64,000 bases of DNA. Origin: Macrostomum lignano (lineage: Eukaryota). The DNA lies in contig NIVC01000059.1 in NCBI GenBank assembly GCA_002269645.1, positions 1,302,001 through 1,366,000 of the forward strand, read 5' to 3'. The first letter of the stretch is position 1, and each line of letters begins with the position of its first letter. Below are positions 51,501 to 63,489 of this stretch, one piece after another. The position numbers and the translations under genes are program-made. Under the pieces are notes generated by a model that made no database searches, was not told the DNA's origin, and worked only from the letters and a program-made list of their open reading frames with translations.

Positions 51501-53753
51501 TAGATATGCAAAATATGGTGCTTCTTTACAGTCAGGTAGGTTCATTTTATAGGCTGGCAGGCCAAAAAAACTGGACTATATCATTGTGTTTCTTGCGTGC
51601 CTTAGGTGGGGTATGCTTAGGTTGGCAGATTTGACATTCAGATTTTTTTTGATTTTCTATTTATTTATTTTTTGAGACATTTTTAATCAATAACTTCATT
51701 GCTCCACTATGACCTAAAATGCCTTCAACATGCAGCTCTTTAGCATCTTTTTTATCAATTGTCTTTTGCTACATTGCTAAATAATTTGATTGTTGTATCT
51801 TTTGTACTTTATTAACTTCTCTTCTTGCTCTGCCTCAATCTCTATCCTCTTTTGTAGTTGCTCCATTGCATGCTGCTGCTGTTTTGTTTAAATATGCTTA
51901 GCTATTTTACTCCAAGCTTCAAAGCTATTGACAATTATTTAGGCTATAGCTGGATTTGCTTTAAGCCTGTTTTTAATGGCCAGTAGTATATTCAACATAA
52001 ATTTAGATAGCTTATTAACATTGTTTTGCAAGTCATTATAAAGCCACTTTAGGAACAATTTGCTATCTGAGTTGCCATATAAGATGCAATATGCACTGTA
52101 TCCTAATTTTGATAATAACAAGTATGTGACACTACTGCACTACTCAGACTGGCAGCCTAGTGACTTCCAACCATAGCTTATATAGGTCATTGACTACAAT
52201 AATTGTGCTCATAGAGTTTGAAACCCTCAGTATGGTCCTATCTAAAGAGCTTTGATAACCTTGTTTTGCTGTGGCAAATAAGACAATAGCCTTTTCACTA
52301 GTTTGCCATAGAAGTTATATATACTTAAAGAACCAATGCTATCAATGGGTGACAATTTGCCTATAGTCTCACAAATCTTGCTAATGACCAGATTTGCATT
52401 CTCCAGCTAATTAGAGCACTCTTTGACTTGGAAGTTTATTCATGCTTGGTACCATATTTTGTATAAAAATGGTTACAGATATCATCAAGTAGTTTGTTTG
52501 CCTTACTAGATTTGTCCAACAACTTCACTGTGTATTGGATAACATTATGCATGTGACATAGGCTATACCCACTAATGTTAATCAGATGAGCTAGCTCAAA
52601 TAGGGGATAGTCAAGCATGAAATATTTAATTGGATGTGAAAAGATAGTGAATATTTTATCTAGGCATGATCATCATTATGATCATAAAAAAACGACAATG
52701 CAGTCTCATTGTTAGTTTACTTTACCTAAATTTTATTTGTTTTAATATGTTGATACTTGTTAAAATTGTTAAATAAACTTTATTGTTGTTTTACATAATT
52801 ATGTTCATATTTTTATCTTTGTAAATCCAATAGGAAAGTTATAGTTACAATAAAAAGCAAGCAAAAGTTAACACCTTAAAATCAGTGAATATTAACCACA
52901 ATCATAGAAAACAGTTGTTGTGAATTCATAAAATTGTGATTATGTCTGACCCCTAAAAATATGGCTAAAATTGACTTGATGTGATTTAACTAAGCAAGAT
53001 AAAAGATTTTTATGTAATTTAATAGAGTGCAAGGCAATTTGATTTGATTGCTTTATATCCATAATATGCAGATTTAGTCAGGTTTTAAAATTAAAGTTGC
53101 CTTTGTATGATCATATTTAACCTTTTATTACATTTTTGTTATTCCCTAAACAACAGAGACAGGCAGTTTGAAGTTGATAATTTCTCAGTTTAATGATTTT
53201 AAACATTTTAAAGTAGGCCTCTATATAAATACATAAATTGATGTCTATCCATGTAGGATGTGGTCTACCATAGCCCCTAGGTTGCTGCTTATAGTTTATT
53301 TGGTTTATTAAATTATGACTATAGCTACTTGGGTACCTACTTGAGATGGGTACCTACCTATGTTCTGACACATCCATGTGTCAGGGGTGGTTTTTTATTA
53401 AGAGAAGGTTTATTAAATTAATTCCCATATAATTTTTGTGGTTATAGTAATGAGGCATTTGTAAAAAAACAAATTTACCTAACGATAGTAGCATTGATTA
53501 ATGAAAAGGTTAAAAATAACTATAAAATAAGGTTAATACCGATTATAAAAAGTGTATAAAACTTTTTTCTTTTTGCTATATTTGTGTGATTAAATGTTTT
53601 TTGTAGATCCAGAACTCACTGGAACAGATGCAGCAGCGATTCCAAGAAATGTCTGATCAGATCAGCAGCCGCATGGACGAGATGGGTACTAGAATTGACG
53701 ATATTGAGCGCAATGTTGCGGAACTAATGACCCAAGCTGGAGTTGACAATTAA
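41253..53753 (+). CDS. HSBP1: Heat shock factor-binding protein 1, 82 aa, two exons
   Basis: Exon 1 41253-41354 (...TDPKNVAELNAY|gtaagt) joins exon 2 53607-53753 (ttgtag|IQNSLEQMQQRFQEMSDQISSRMDEMGTRIDDIERNVAELMTQAGVDN*) in phase 0; AATAAA at ~53779. Absent from the ORF track. Confidence 0.92.
43007..47487 (-). mobile_element. hAT DNA transposon (ZMYM1/Blackjack-like), 4481 bp
   Basis: Imperfect TIRs CAAGGGCGTGTCCAG / CAGTGGCCCGTCCAA with G-run subterminals; perfect 8-bp TSD AATGAGAC (42999-43006, 47488-47495). Confidence 0.92.
44238..46845 (-). pseudogene. Disrupted hAT transposase (TTF-type zinc finger, DUF4371 region, hAT dimerisation domain)
   Basis: WFETYKWLEY...FCFPCRHF, AQRGHRE...GNFKALL, YTSDTIQNEVI, FSVIVDEAKD, VHCYAHCLNL, LSDTRW, PVTTASAERSFSKMRLIK; several in-frame stops and frame changes. 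Confidence 0.9.
47820..47960. repeat. 14-bp repeat (atgttattccgcac)n; related units at ~42940-42980 on the other side of the hAT insertion
   Basis: Direct reading. Confidence 0.8.
48194..48456. mobile_element. hAT-type MITE family M1, copy 3 (opposite orientation to copy 1)
   Basis: Same TIR; flanks CTGGAGAG / CCAGAGAG (6/8); body is the reverse complement of 34678-34976. Confidence 0.88.
48719..48990 (-). pseudogene. Ulp1/SENP-like cysteine protease fragment, probably transposon-borne
   Basis: QQDGSSCGLLVL resembles the Q-x-x-x-x-x-CG catalytic-Cys motif of peptidase C48, followed by a YR.I helix and C..C; no intact upstream catalytic His seen. Confidence 0.5.
49437..49850 (+). pseudogene. 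Tc1/IS630-like transposase remnant
   Basis: Winged-helix-like (NPCVTLAKLK...VAISTISHHL...YTTK), NSPANLQLRRAY, then degenerate VYVKEFGF (cf. VYIDESGF) and G.A..GQRA...V.GSKG; contains a stop. Confidence 0.55.
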
Positions 53754-54510
53754 ATGTAACTTCTCACTGCTGACTACTAATAAACATCAATGTGTTTCTA
53801 TATAGATCTTGATTAGTTAACCTAGATTAGTAAATTTTATATAGCCCAAGTCCCTAAGAGTCGTCGCCGAAGTAGTCGAAAAAATGTACAAAGAATCGTA
53901 GTATAAAATTAAAGTACTTTTTTCTACGATTATTATTGCAATGCAAAAGCAACTTTCTGTATTAATAATCTGCCAATAATCTGGTTCCCACTGTGCAATA
54001 TGCTATGAGAACATTTCAAGCTTTCGCATAATACTCACATGTATGCAGAATGTGTTAATTTTTTATCACCAGTTATTCTACTCTCAATAGCAGTCTGTCT
54101 AATCACAATTTTTGCAATAAAACTAACGTGTCTGTTTATTACTACTTTAAGTAAGTTTTTTTTCAAAATCGATTTTAATTTTGCAATTTATTATATATAT
54201 ATATATCCTGTTCGATTCTTTAAAGTTAATTTTTGTTTTCAATAAAGTATAAACGTTCTGATTCGATCTGTTAATTACAAATCAATAAACAAAGCATCTT
54301 GTCTTGTTATTTCCGTAGTTGATTTCATAGTTGATTTAGGGTCACACAGGTAGAACTTTAGTTTCCTGTCCTTGTGAGTATGCAATTTTATTAAATGGTG
54401 CCCGCGCCGTGCGCCCTCCTTATTATCCTTTTTGGGCCCATTTTTGTCAATTTCTTGCTAGTGGGCTTTGTTTGGTTGAAAAGACCGTATTTACGGTTTT
54501 TGTAAAGACT

Positions 54511-54725
54511 TTAGCCTAGTGGTCAGAGCGTCTGACTGACTGACTCACGACTGACTGAAAGGTCAGGGGTTCGATTCTTGACGCACTCGGAACAATTTGT
54601 GTTCTTAATTGCGACCCCCTCCCCCAGTCCTTGGACTGAACAGCCGTACGCAGCCTTCAGATGCGCCGCGCAATAGCTGCGGCTGAGCTGTCGGTTGCAC
54701 ATCTGCCCCCCCATTGGTGCGAGTG
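54511..54725 (+). mobile_element. tRNA-derived SINE family A copy lacking the CORE segment
   Basis: A box tagcctagtgg, B box ggttcgattc, then a body nearly identical to the reverse complement of 13640-13730. Confidence 0.75.
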
Positions 54726-55236
54726 TAATTAATTATTGCAACCGAATGAGGAAGGGAGAAAGTGGTAAGGGAAGAAAGACTAATAAGAAAATTCTTTAGA
54801 CTTCGCATTCTGATATACTGAAAAAATACGCTTCCATTTTTAGCTGCTGAAAGTGTATCATACATTTCACGGTTGAAAATCTCTTTATTCTTCATAGTTC
54901 CGGTTGCAAAAAGGCGCGGGCTTGGAATATAACTTTTCTTAGAAACTTTGGGTTTAAATCTACGCGTGTACTTTAGTAAGATTTCAATTTAGCATCCACT
55001 CTAAGGTAACTTTTCTCTGTAATTTTGTACTTAGACTCGTACACGAAATCAATTTCCTTATATAGATCTGTTAAGTGAACAGATCATAAATCGTGAACCT
55101 ATAACCCAGCAGTGCTGATTTTCAGGCAGTTTAATTTCAAGTAAAACATTAAAAAAGCCAATTTAATTTCAGCTTTGCTAAGACAAGAAGCCTACGTGAA
55201 AAATTAATAAATTGCTACTTCAACTAATAATTCACG

Positions 55237-55554
55237 ATGGTAAAAGTACTAGCCACTAAAGCCGAGTTCGATGCCCTTCTGGCCGAGTCAGGCAGCAAGC
55301 TGGTGGTGATTGACTTCACCGCCACCTGGTGCCCTCCATGCCGCATGATTGCGCCGAAATTTGAGCAACTGTCCAAAGACACGCCCGATGTGGTCTTCGC
55401 CAAAGTTGACGTGGACGAGAACGAAGAGACGGCCGGCAGTCAGGGCATCGAGGCTATGCCAACGTTCCTACTGTTCAAGGACAAGAGCCAGGTTGACAAG
55501 ATGCTTGGTGCCGATTTTGATGGCCTGGTGAAGTTGGTTGAGAAGCACAAGTAG
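55237..55554 (+). CDS. TXN: Thioredoxin, 105 aa, no intron in the CDS, WCPPC active site
   Basis: KLVVIDFTATWCPPCRMIAP...VVFAKVDVDE...IEAMPTF...GA; full thioredoxin fold in one ORF. Confidence 0.96.
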   Translation: MVKVLATKAEFDALLAESGSKLVVIDFTATWCPPCRMIAPKFEQLSKDTPDVVFAKVDVDENEETAGSQGIEAMPTFLLFKDKSQVDKMLGADFDGLVKLVEKHK

Positions 55555-58514
55555 CTAGTTGAGAATTTGCCTACTTGTTGCCTTGTTAAAGAAGGGATTT
55601 GACAACTTATTCAGTTTCCTTTTAATAAATCAAATGGTCATAATTATTTTTATTGTTTTCGTTCCAAATTAAATTAATTTGCCTGCTGTTCGCATTAATA
55701 ATAGCTTAATGAAACTTTTTTAAACCTATTGTTTCAACACTGGCATAGAAATCTATATAATACACCAGCTAGTAGTTACCAAGTAATAAAAAATATTATG
55801 TGCAATTTAAATTTCATATTCATTAATTTGCTCTTTATTTTCAATTTTATTAATAATAAGTTAGTTTTTCTTCTGACAAAGAGGCTTTAAAAAGCAACAA
55901 GCAACCAAAGACTCTTTAATTTGTTTTTCTTTTTGTTGTTACTAAAATTTAAGATCTGCAATTTCTTATTAGACTCAAATTGTGCCAGTCGGAATTTTCT
56001 TCTAAATAAATCCTATTTCTATCTTATCACTTAAATCATTTGAATCAAGCAAAAGTTTTTTAACTTGCTTAGAAAAATATTTAAAATATTGGTTTTGGCT
56101 TTTCGATTTGACTACAATTAAAGCATGTGATGTGGGTGCCCATTTTTGCACTTTCTTTACATGTAAGATCCTTGAAACAGGGGATGCTATGATATTGAAT
56201 CTCCTTATGTTCAAACTTTGAGAATAAGAATAAGGACTTCTCTATAAGATTTCTGGGTATCTCTAACTCAATTGAGAGACCCTCGAAAACATTTTTTAAT
56301 ATATAAAATGGGGCCAAAATAATCTGAGTGTAAATTTTGACACTCCTTCTCATCGGATAAGTTAAAAAAATCAACAATTCAATTGTTAAACTGTTGTAAG
56401 TTTTTGTGTGTAAAGTTTGAGCTCTAACTGAGAATTGAGAGTAAGTCTTTTCTGGTGCGTCTGTAAGTGCATTTGCAACTGGTGCGTAGGTAGGCAGTTG
56501 CAGCGCATATAAAATCTTTAGCTAACACATCTGGGCTTTCAGTTTCAACTGATTCTTAACGCCAGCTGCTTCTGCTATTAGGGCTTGCAATTTGCCCCTA
56601 AGTTATATTTCTCTCTTTGTGCATTGGATCATTCTCCTTGTTGCATTTTTGCCTGCGTTCGTTGGTTGGTCGTCTGAAGTGGAGTCAGACGAGGCCTTTA
56701 CCATTGAGCTTTTCTGGTTAGATGGCTAGGATAAGTTAGATAGCCTTAAATGGTTAGTGTGGAATTTGTATCCAGAATAGCCTGTTGGCAAGAATAACTA
56801 GGCAAGCTGGCACCAATGTTAATGTGAATGTAACATTAGCAAAAGTCGCGTGTAGACAACAATATAATCGGAATTCTGATCTGCATGCATAGAAGCGTAG
56901 TTCTTGTTTTTAAAGTAGCGACACTTATTTACAACAGGTTCTCGTTTACAGAGATTATCGAGCTGTCGCAGGTCAATCTATAGTTATAGTGCGCATGTAT
57001 ATATAGATAGTAAAATAGCCGTAGAAGCCTGTGTGCAGCTTTAGCTTTATAGTTTTTTGGTGCATAATGTACCATACTCGTGCCTGTACACTTAGCTTGA
57101 CGTCCTGCTGAACAACTGAAGTAGGACGCTATGCACTTAATTTTCCTAAAAAAGGGCATCCTAAATTCACTAGCGATCCGACAAATGTAAAGCTGCGTTC
57201 CTTCTCCAGATCATTTCAAAGATAATCTAGTAGCTAAAAAACTAAAAAAAGATTTAGTTCGTGCCACTTCGTGTTTGTTGATATTCAGGACCTCTTCTGC
57301 GATGTTGAAAGTGCCTACGTCATTTTATACACCGTCAGCTGTGCCACTAATTCCATTATCCTGTGAGGCACACTTAGCTAGCTTTGTCTAGACGACAAAA
57401 AGGGTTATAAAAATTTGGCATTTAGACCGCTACAATAACAAAACGCAATCAAGTTTTTTTGCTTCTTTCTGTGCCCGCAAAAATTGATGTTAAAAAATTT
57501 GTACCTATAATTGTAGGTCTAGCAAATATCAAAGTACACAATAATCTTTTTTGTCTTCATTGACATTTCACATCTGAAACATTTTTAAAGATTAATTTAT
57601 TAAAATAGATTACTTTTCAGAAGAGAAAAGCTTTGAAGTATAATTAAGAAGCATATTTGTAGAAATAAGTACACAGGTCAACAAAGATAAACTCACAAAT
57701 AACTGATACATAAATGGTTTTAGTTTATTTTTTAATTGCTTTTTTCAATAAACAATCAAACTAATCAAATAATCTATCGATCATATTTGAAAAAGGAAGG
57801 AAAAGAACCAGACAACAATATGAAAATTGCATTGAGAAGCTTTGATTATGTAATCTAATAGTGCATTCAGTACTTTCGTTTGCAGAACATTAAAGCAAAT
57901 AAACACAAAGTTGGCGGTGAGAATGTGTGATTACACTTTGTGACACATTATTTTAGCATCTTTGTTTAGAATATATTTAGCTCTCTTAATGTACATGTAT
58001 TTCCCAAGCAAAGTTTTTCCAAATGCTTACTTAGCCAGCTACAATTTATTCGCCCTTAAACTATAAATGGTTAAGTAAAAAATTGTCAACTTAATAAAGA
58101 AAAACCATAAGACATTTATTACGACAAAGCAAAACGGCCAAAACGATGAAAGCTAAAAAATTAATCAACTGAAAGCATAACTGTCAAACAAACAACTGAA
58201 GCACATACATGTAGCTAAATATATAACGGATGTCCCGATAAAAGCTTAAATTATTTTGTTTGACTCCTGCATTTTCGGCACTCTGAGGCCCGGCCGATAT
58301 GTAGCTACGCTAGCATATCGAAAATAATATCTATAAATTTTATCTATAACAAATCGCATTCGATTCGAGCACTGCCACTGACAATCGGCAGAAATAATGA
58401 AGCTTTGCACACAAGCAAATTAATTTCATAGACAGCATCTTCCGGAACGGATTAAGCCAGGGTCAGATGCTGTCTGTCTTTTAAAGGAACTTCTGACTAG
58501 AGTTACGTAGTCAG

Positions 58515-61500
58515 TCACAGTTCCTGGGTGATGCAGTTCAGCTGCTGTTGCTGTTGTTCGGCTCTGAGCAGCCAATGCGCTGGCACCATCACTAATCCAC
58601 TGGCGATTAGGCTGCAACCGCACACCAGGAAAGGTACGTCAAATGATGATGTCCAGTCGTATAGCAGGCCTGCGTATGTAGTGAAGTGTCGAGGTGACTG
58701 ACGGATTCAATTTAGCTAGTGGCAGGGTGACAACAAAGAAAAAAACAACAAAGTCATCAGCTTAGCTACATACCAGCCAAAGGCGGTCCAGCCAGCACGC
58801 CAACTCCTTGAAACAGCAGCGTCAGGCCGAACGAATCGCTGAGCTTGTCGATGCCGACCAGGTCAACCAGGACGGGTGACGTCAGCGTCACGAATGAGCC
58901 TGTGCAGAGCGTCACCATGGATTTTATGGTGGAGGGGGGGACAAAGCCAATAATTAAATAATGTACATGTACATGACAAGTCTTACATGTACATTATTTT
59001 CAGAATCGGTGTTGTCAGCACTCATTTTAGCGCCGCAGGCACTCATTTTAGCGCTGCAGGCACTCATTTTAGCGCCTCGAACACTCAATTTAGCGCCTTG
59101 AACACTCATTTTAGCGCCTCGAACACTCAATTTAGCGCAGCAGGCACTCATTTTAGCGCCGCAGGCACTCATTTTAGCGCCGCAGGCACTCATTTTAGCG
59201 CCTCGAACACTCAATTTAGCGCCTTGAACACTCATTTTAGCGCCTCGAACACTCAATTTAGCGCAGCAGGCACTCATTTTAGCGCCGCAGGCACTCATTT
59301 TAGCGCCGCAGGCACTCATTTTAGCGCCTCGAGCACTCATTTTAGCGCCGCAGGCACTCATTTTAGCGCCTCGAGCACTCATTTTAGCGCCGCAGGCACT
59401 CATTTTAGCGCCTCGAGCACTCATTTTAGCGCCGCAGGCACTCATTTTAGCGCCGCAGGCACTCATTTTAGCGCCGCAGGCACTCATTTTAGCGCCGCAG
59501 GCACTATGTATTGTCTCCCTGCAGCAAAATTATTGATTTCCATAGCGGTTCACAAGTTGGGGTTGGGAGACAAAGCATCGGCATGTCCCAACCCAGATCT
59601 TTTACTGGGGGGGGGGGACATGTCCCCCCCCCCGTTGGCGACGCCGCTGACTGCCTGCGTAGGATTTTCGAATGCAGTCTTCTTCCATCAAATTGCATCA
59701 ATCTATCTCAGAATGTAGATATACTGTATATCAATTTATCTCACCGGAGAACAGACCGAAGGCGGCACAGCAGGCGGCGCTGAAGGCGTATTCATCGGAC
59801 AGGCAGCTGATGGCCAGAGCCGCTCCAGACACCGCCAGGGATGCCCAGTACAGCTGCAGCCGCCGACTGTCTGCGCCCCGGTCTGACAGCCAGCCGAACC
59901 CCAGCCGGCCCACAGTGTTGGCGCCGCCAATCACCGACACCAGCAGGGCGCTCTCGGTGTCCTCGTGTCCGGCCTGCTGCGCCCTGTCCGGAGTGTAGAT
60001 GTACGGCGCATTGAAGCCGATGCTGCACAGCAAATTTGATAGCAGGAACAGCAGGAAAACCGGTTTAGTCAGCAGCTCCAAGTTGAAAAATTTCTGCGCA
60101 TCTGCAGACTCTGCCGTCGTTGTCGCTGCGCCGCTGGAATCGGCGCCTGCAGCGGCCGAGCCAGGAGTAGTGCCGGCTGCTGGCACGGAGGTGAGGCTGG
60201 TGATGGAGCGGACGAACTGCACCGGTCGACTCACGTTAGTGAGACTGGCGCTGGTCAGATGGTGATGACGCTGCTGATGATGCGGCGGCTGCAGCAGAGC
60301 CTGAGATCGCGGCTGGCCCTGCACTCGCGGCCGCATGTCTTGCACGGACAGGAAATCAGCGACCGCTGGAATCGGCTGCTGCAACATCTGCTGCTGCTGC
60401 TGCTTGCTGTTGCCGTCTCTTAGAAGCTGATCATTGTCGGCCACGTCAGCGACGGAAGAGTTGGTTCTGAATTGGGAGCCAGGCAAGAATGGCTGAGACT
60501 TGAGTAATTCTGCTCATTCCGCTGACTCCTGAGCACATGCAAGCGCACCAATGCTGTCCGCAGACACGCACTCATGCTCACGCTCACACAGGGTGTACAG
60601 CTGCCCTTTTGACTTTCTAATCGTTTCTCGAGCCTCAAATGAATGCTGGGCCGCGGATCGAACGCCCGTAGCTACGCTTCTCTACACAATTTTAAAGTAG
60701 CTAGGCTAAATATAGCAACCCATGCAGTGGCATTAAAAATGAGCCTGGACAGGAGGTCAAGGAGCTACACGAAAACTAGTTTGAGCTTCTAGCACCAACA
60801 GTCCAAAATGTACTTTGCTGTCTCGTTCCCTGGTGGCAGCATCGTCGTCAGCAGCAGCGACCGGCCGCCGTCGTCGCCACCTTCGTCAGCCGACGCTCGA
60901 CGAACAATGGGTAGCGGATGCGGCGACGACGGCGACAGCAATTGATGACGACGTCCAGGAGTCGGCAGCGGCGTCGTCTTGTCGTTGTCATTGTCGATGT
61001 CGATGTCGATTTCGGGCTGATTAGCCTCTAGCTGTTTCTCCGGAGGCGACTGATCTGTCGACGATGAAGAAGATAAAATCTGGTCGAGTTTGAACGGTCG
61101 GAACAGAGCAGCGAATACGGCGCACTGGAGCACGGCGGCAGATAGTATGAGCATGGTCCCTCTCCAGGTGTACTCGCGCAACAGGAAGCTAATTAGCGGG
61201 CTCATCGCCAGAGTGCCTGGATTGCATTTTGAAGGTGACAGATTGTAAGGGGCTGGGTGGTTCAGGAGATATGTACACTGGGTAAGAGATTCTGGATGTT
61301 AGGGTGGGTGGCTCAGGAGTAATGTACACTGGGTGAGAGATTGGGGTGTGTGGTTTGTTAGTCATGTACACTGGGTGAGAGATTGGGGTGTGTGGTTTGT
61401 TAGTCATGTACACTGGGTGAGAGATTGGGGTGGGTGGTTTGTTAGTCATGTACACTGGGTGAGAGATTGGGGTGTGTGGTTTGTTAGTCATGTACACTGG

Positions 61501-63414
61501 GTGAGAGATTGGGGTGGGTGGCTCAGGAGTCATGTACACTGGGTGAGAGATTGGGATGGGTGGCTCGGAAGTCATGTACACTGGGTGAGAGATTGGGGTG
61601 GGTGGTTTGTTAGTCATGTACACTGGGTGAGAGATTAGGATGGGTGGCTGGGAAGTCATGTACACTGAATGACAGAGAGGGGTGGGTGGTTTGGGAGTTG
61701 TGTACACTGGGTAAGAGATTAGGGTGGGTGTTTTTATTTTAAAAAATTGCAGCTAAGCAATTTTCTTGCATAGGGTGGGCCCGTGCTCGTTAAATAAATT
61801 TATGCACCGTCAAAACAAAATACATGTACGCCGAGAAAATTACAGCCATCTGACTAGCTGGATGTAGTCATTTTATCAGAGGCAATTTTCTTTCGCTATT
61901 AGCTACAATTAAAATAATTATTATAATTGGTGGATTGAGGTTTTCAAGCCTCACCGACTCCGGAGCCGCACACTGCAATACCAATCGCTGTTGACCTGTA
62001 CTTCTCAAAGTAGATGCCCACGCAGATTATAGCTGGCAGATAGATCAGACTCATGCCGGAGCCTGAAATGATCAATGATACAATTAGGCTTCTCTGTTTT
62101 TCTCTTGCGCTCAATTCTGACTATAAAAAGCTGCATAGAGAGTTCTACCTAAGTGCTCTCTAAGTTCTTCATCAAAATCTTCCATCTAAATCCGGCCGCA
62201 ACCTCATGCAGTCCTACTCAGCTGTAACTCGTAACCCGAGGGAGACTGCTTGCCTAATCTCTTTGCGAGAGAGCTCTGGGATCTTACAGGGGTCTGGCTA
62301 AATCCCGTTCCGCACGCGACAGCACTGTGGACTGTATGTTTTCAAGAAATGAAGAATCGCAGCAAAGAAGCAAAGCATTGCTCTCTGAGGAACTGCAGGC
62401 GGGATTTCTTTCCTCTTCGACAACATCAAAGAAGATTTCTATAAGGACCTTCGTCTCGTTACATTATGTATGATACTAATTCCAATTGCATCGATAGGTA
62501 ATTTGTATTTCATAAAAACGATCGACTAACTGAAGATCAAAGAACGACTTTTTACGCAAGTTCGTGACAGAGGACTCGCTATGTACTTCAAAGTTTGATT
62601 GATCAGACCATCGAAAAAAGAGAATGGCGAAGAGGCAAAAAATAATACTATAATTCTATAGCTTTGAAATGTATAGCTAGATAGGGAACTATATAGGGGA
62701 TATACATCTAGAGCGTTGGGACATATGGAGACAGAACAATGTACACTCTGGAGATAAGAGGGGCAGATAAGAATGTACATTCGGGAGATAAGAGGGGCAG
62801 ATAAGAATGTACATTCGAGAGATAAGAGGGGCAGATAAGAATGTACATTCGGGATATAAGAGAGGCAGATAAGAATGTAAATTCGGGAGATAAGAGGGGC
62901 AGATAAGAATGTACATTCGGGAGATAAGAGGGGCAGATAAGAATGTACATTCGGGAGATAAGAGGGGCAGATAAGAATGTACATTCGAGAGATAAGAGGG
63001 GCAGATAAGAATACACATTCGGGAAATAAGAGGGGCAGATAAGAATGTACACTCTGGAGTGAGAAAGGCACTTTACCCACACTCACCAACCAAGCAGCCA
63101 ACGGTGATAACCAGAGGCCAGGCCGTCTCTACAAAATAGGAAGCCGCGAAACCGAACGCCCCAATGACGGAGCCGGCCAGCGCCGCCACCCGATAGCCGA
63201 ACCGAGCGCTGACGGCGCCAGCCACCGGGCCGCCTGCCAGAGTGACGCCAACCAGGGTGGAGGCGATCCAGCCGTTCAGCTGGCGGGTGGAGCCCAGCTC
63301 CTGCACCAGGTCGGCTGCCAGCACGCCGAAAGCGTAGCTGATGCCGTCGATGATCACGTGCAGCATGAAGCTGCTAAGCACCACCATCCAGCCCCAGCCG
63401 CCGTCAAGCTGCAT
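58515..63414 (-). CDS. SLC16/monocarboxylate transporter family MFS protein, ~613 aa
   Basis: Exons 63414-63087, 62062-61955, 61216-60814, 60466-59745, 58899-58774, 58669-58515; phases consistent (1842 nt). [59 protein letters not shown] motifs. An upstream coding exon cannot be excluded. Confidence 0.93.
58905..59649. mobile_element. Probable hAT (Blackjack-like) MITE containing a 21-bp internal array, in SLC16 intron 4
   Basis: Ends cagagcgtcacc...ggggggg and reverse-complemented cagcggcgtcgcc...gggggggg; internal (gcactcattttagcgccgcag)n at 59010-59505; no clear TSD. Confidence 0.55.
60500..60700 (-). mobile_element. tRNA-derived SINE family B copy in SLC16 intron 3
   Basis: B box gttcgatcc, then the same body as 10750-10860 and 19865-19989. 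Confidence 0.72.
61260..61725. repeat. 42-bp minisatellite (gtacactgggtgagagattggggtgtgtggtttgttagtcat)n in SLC16 intron 2
   Basis: Direct reading. Confidence 0.95.
62735..63060. repeat. 34-bp minisatellite (gataagaggggcagataagaatgtacattcggga)n in SLC16 intron 1
   Basis: Direct reading. Confidence 0.95.
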
Positions 63415-63489
63415 CTTAGGTTTTAATGGCCTCAGCTGCCCTGCGCGAATCAATTGGGTCTTTTGGAGTCTTTCTGCCTGTCTTGCTGT

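Noticed and set aside
54470-54515. Possible spliced-leader RNA gene (aagaccg...tacgg...gtaaagac)
   Set aside because: Only short word matches to the flatworm SL as I remember it; no AUG|GT donor or Sm site in the right arrangement.
56000-56720. Stop-riddled minus-strand fragments resembling a retroelement ORF1/gag
   Set aside because: Similarity is only impressionistic; needs a translated HMM search.
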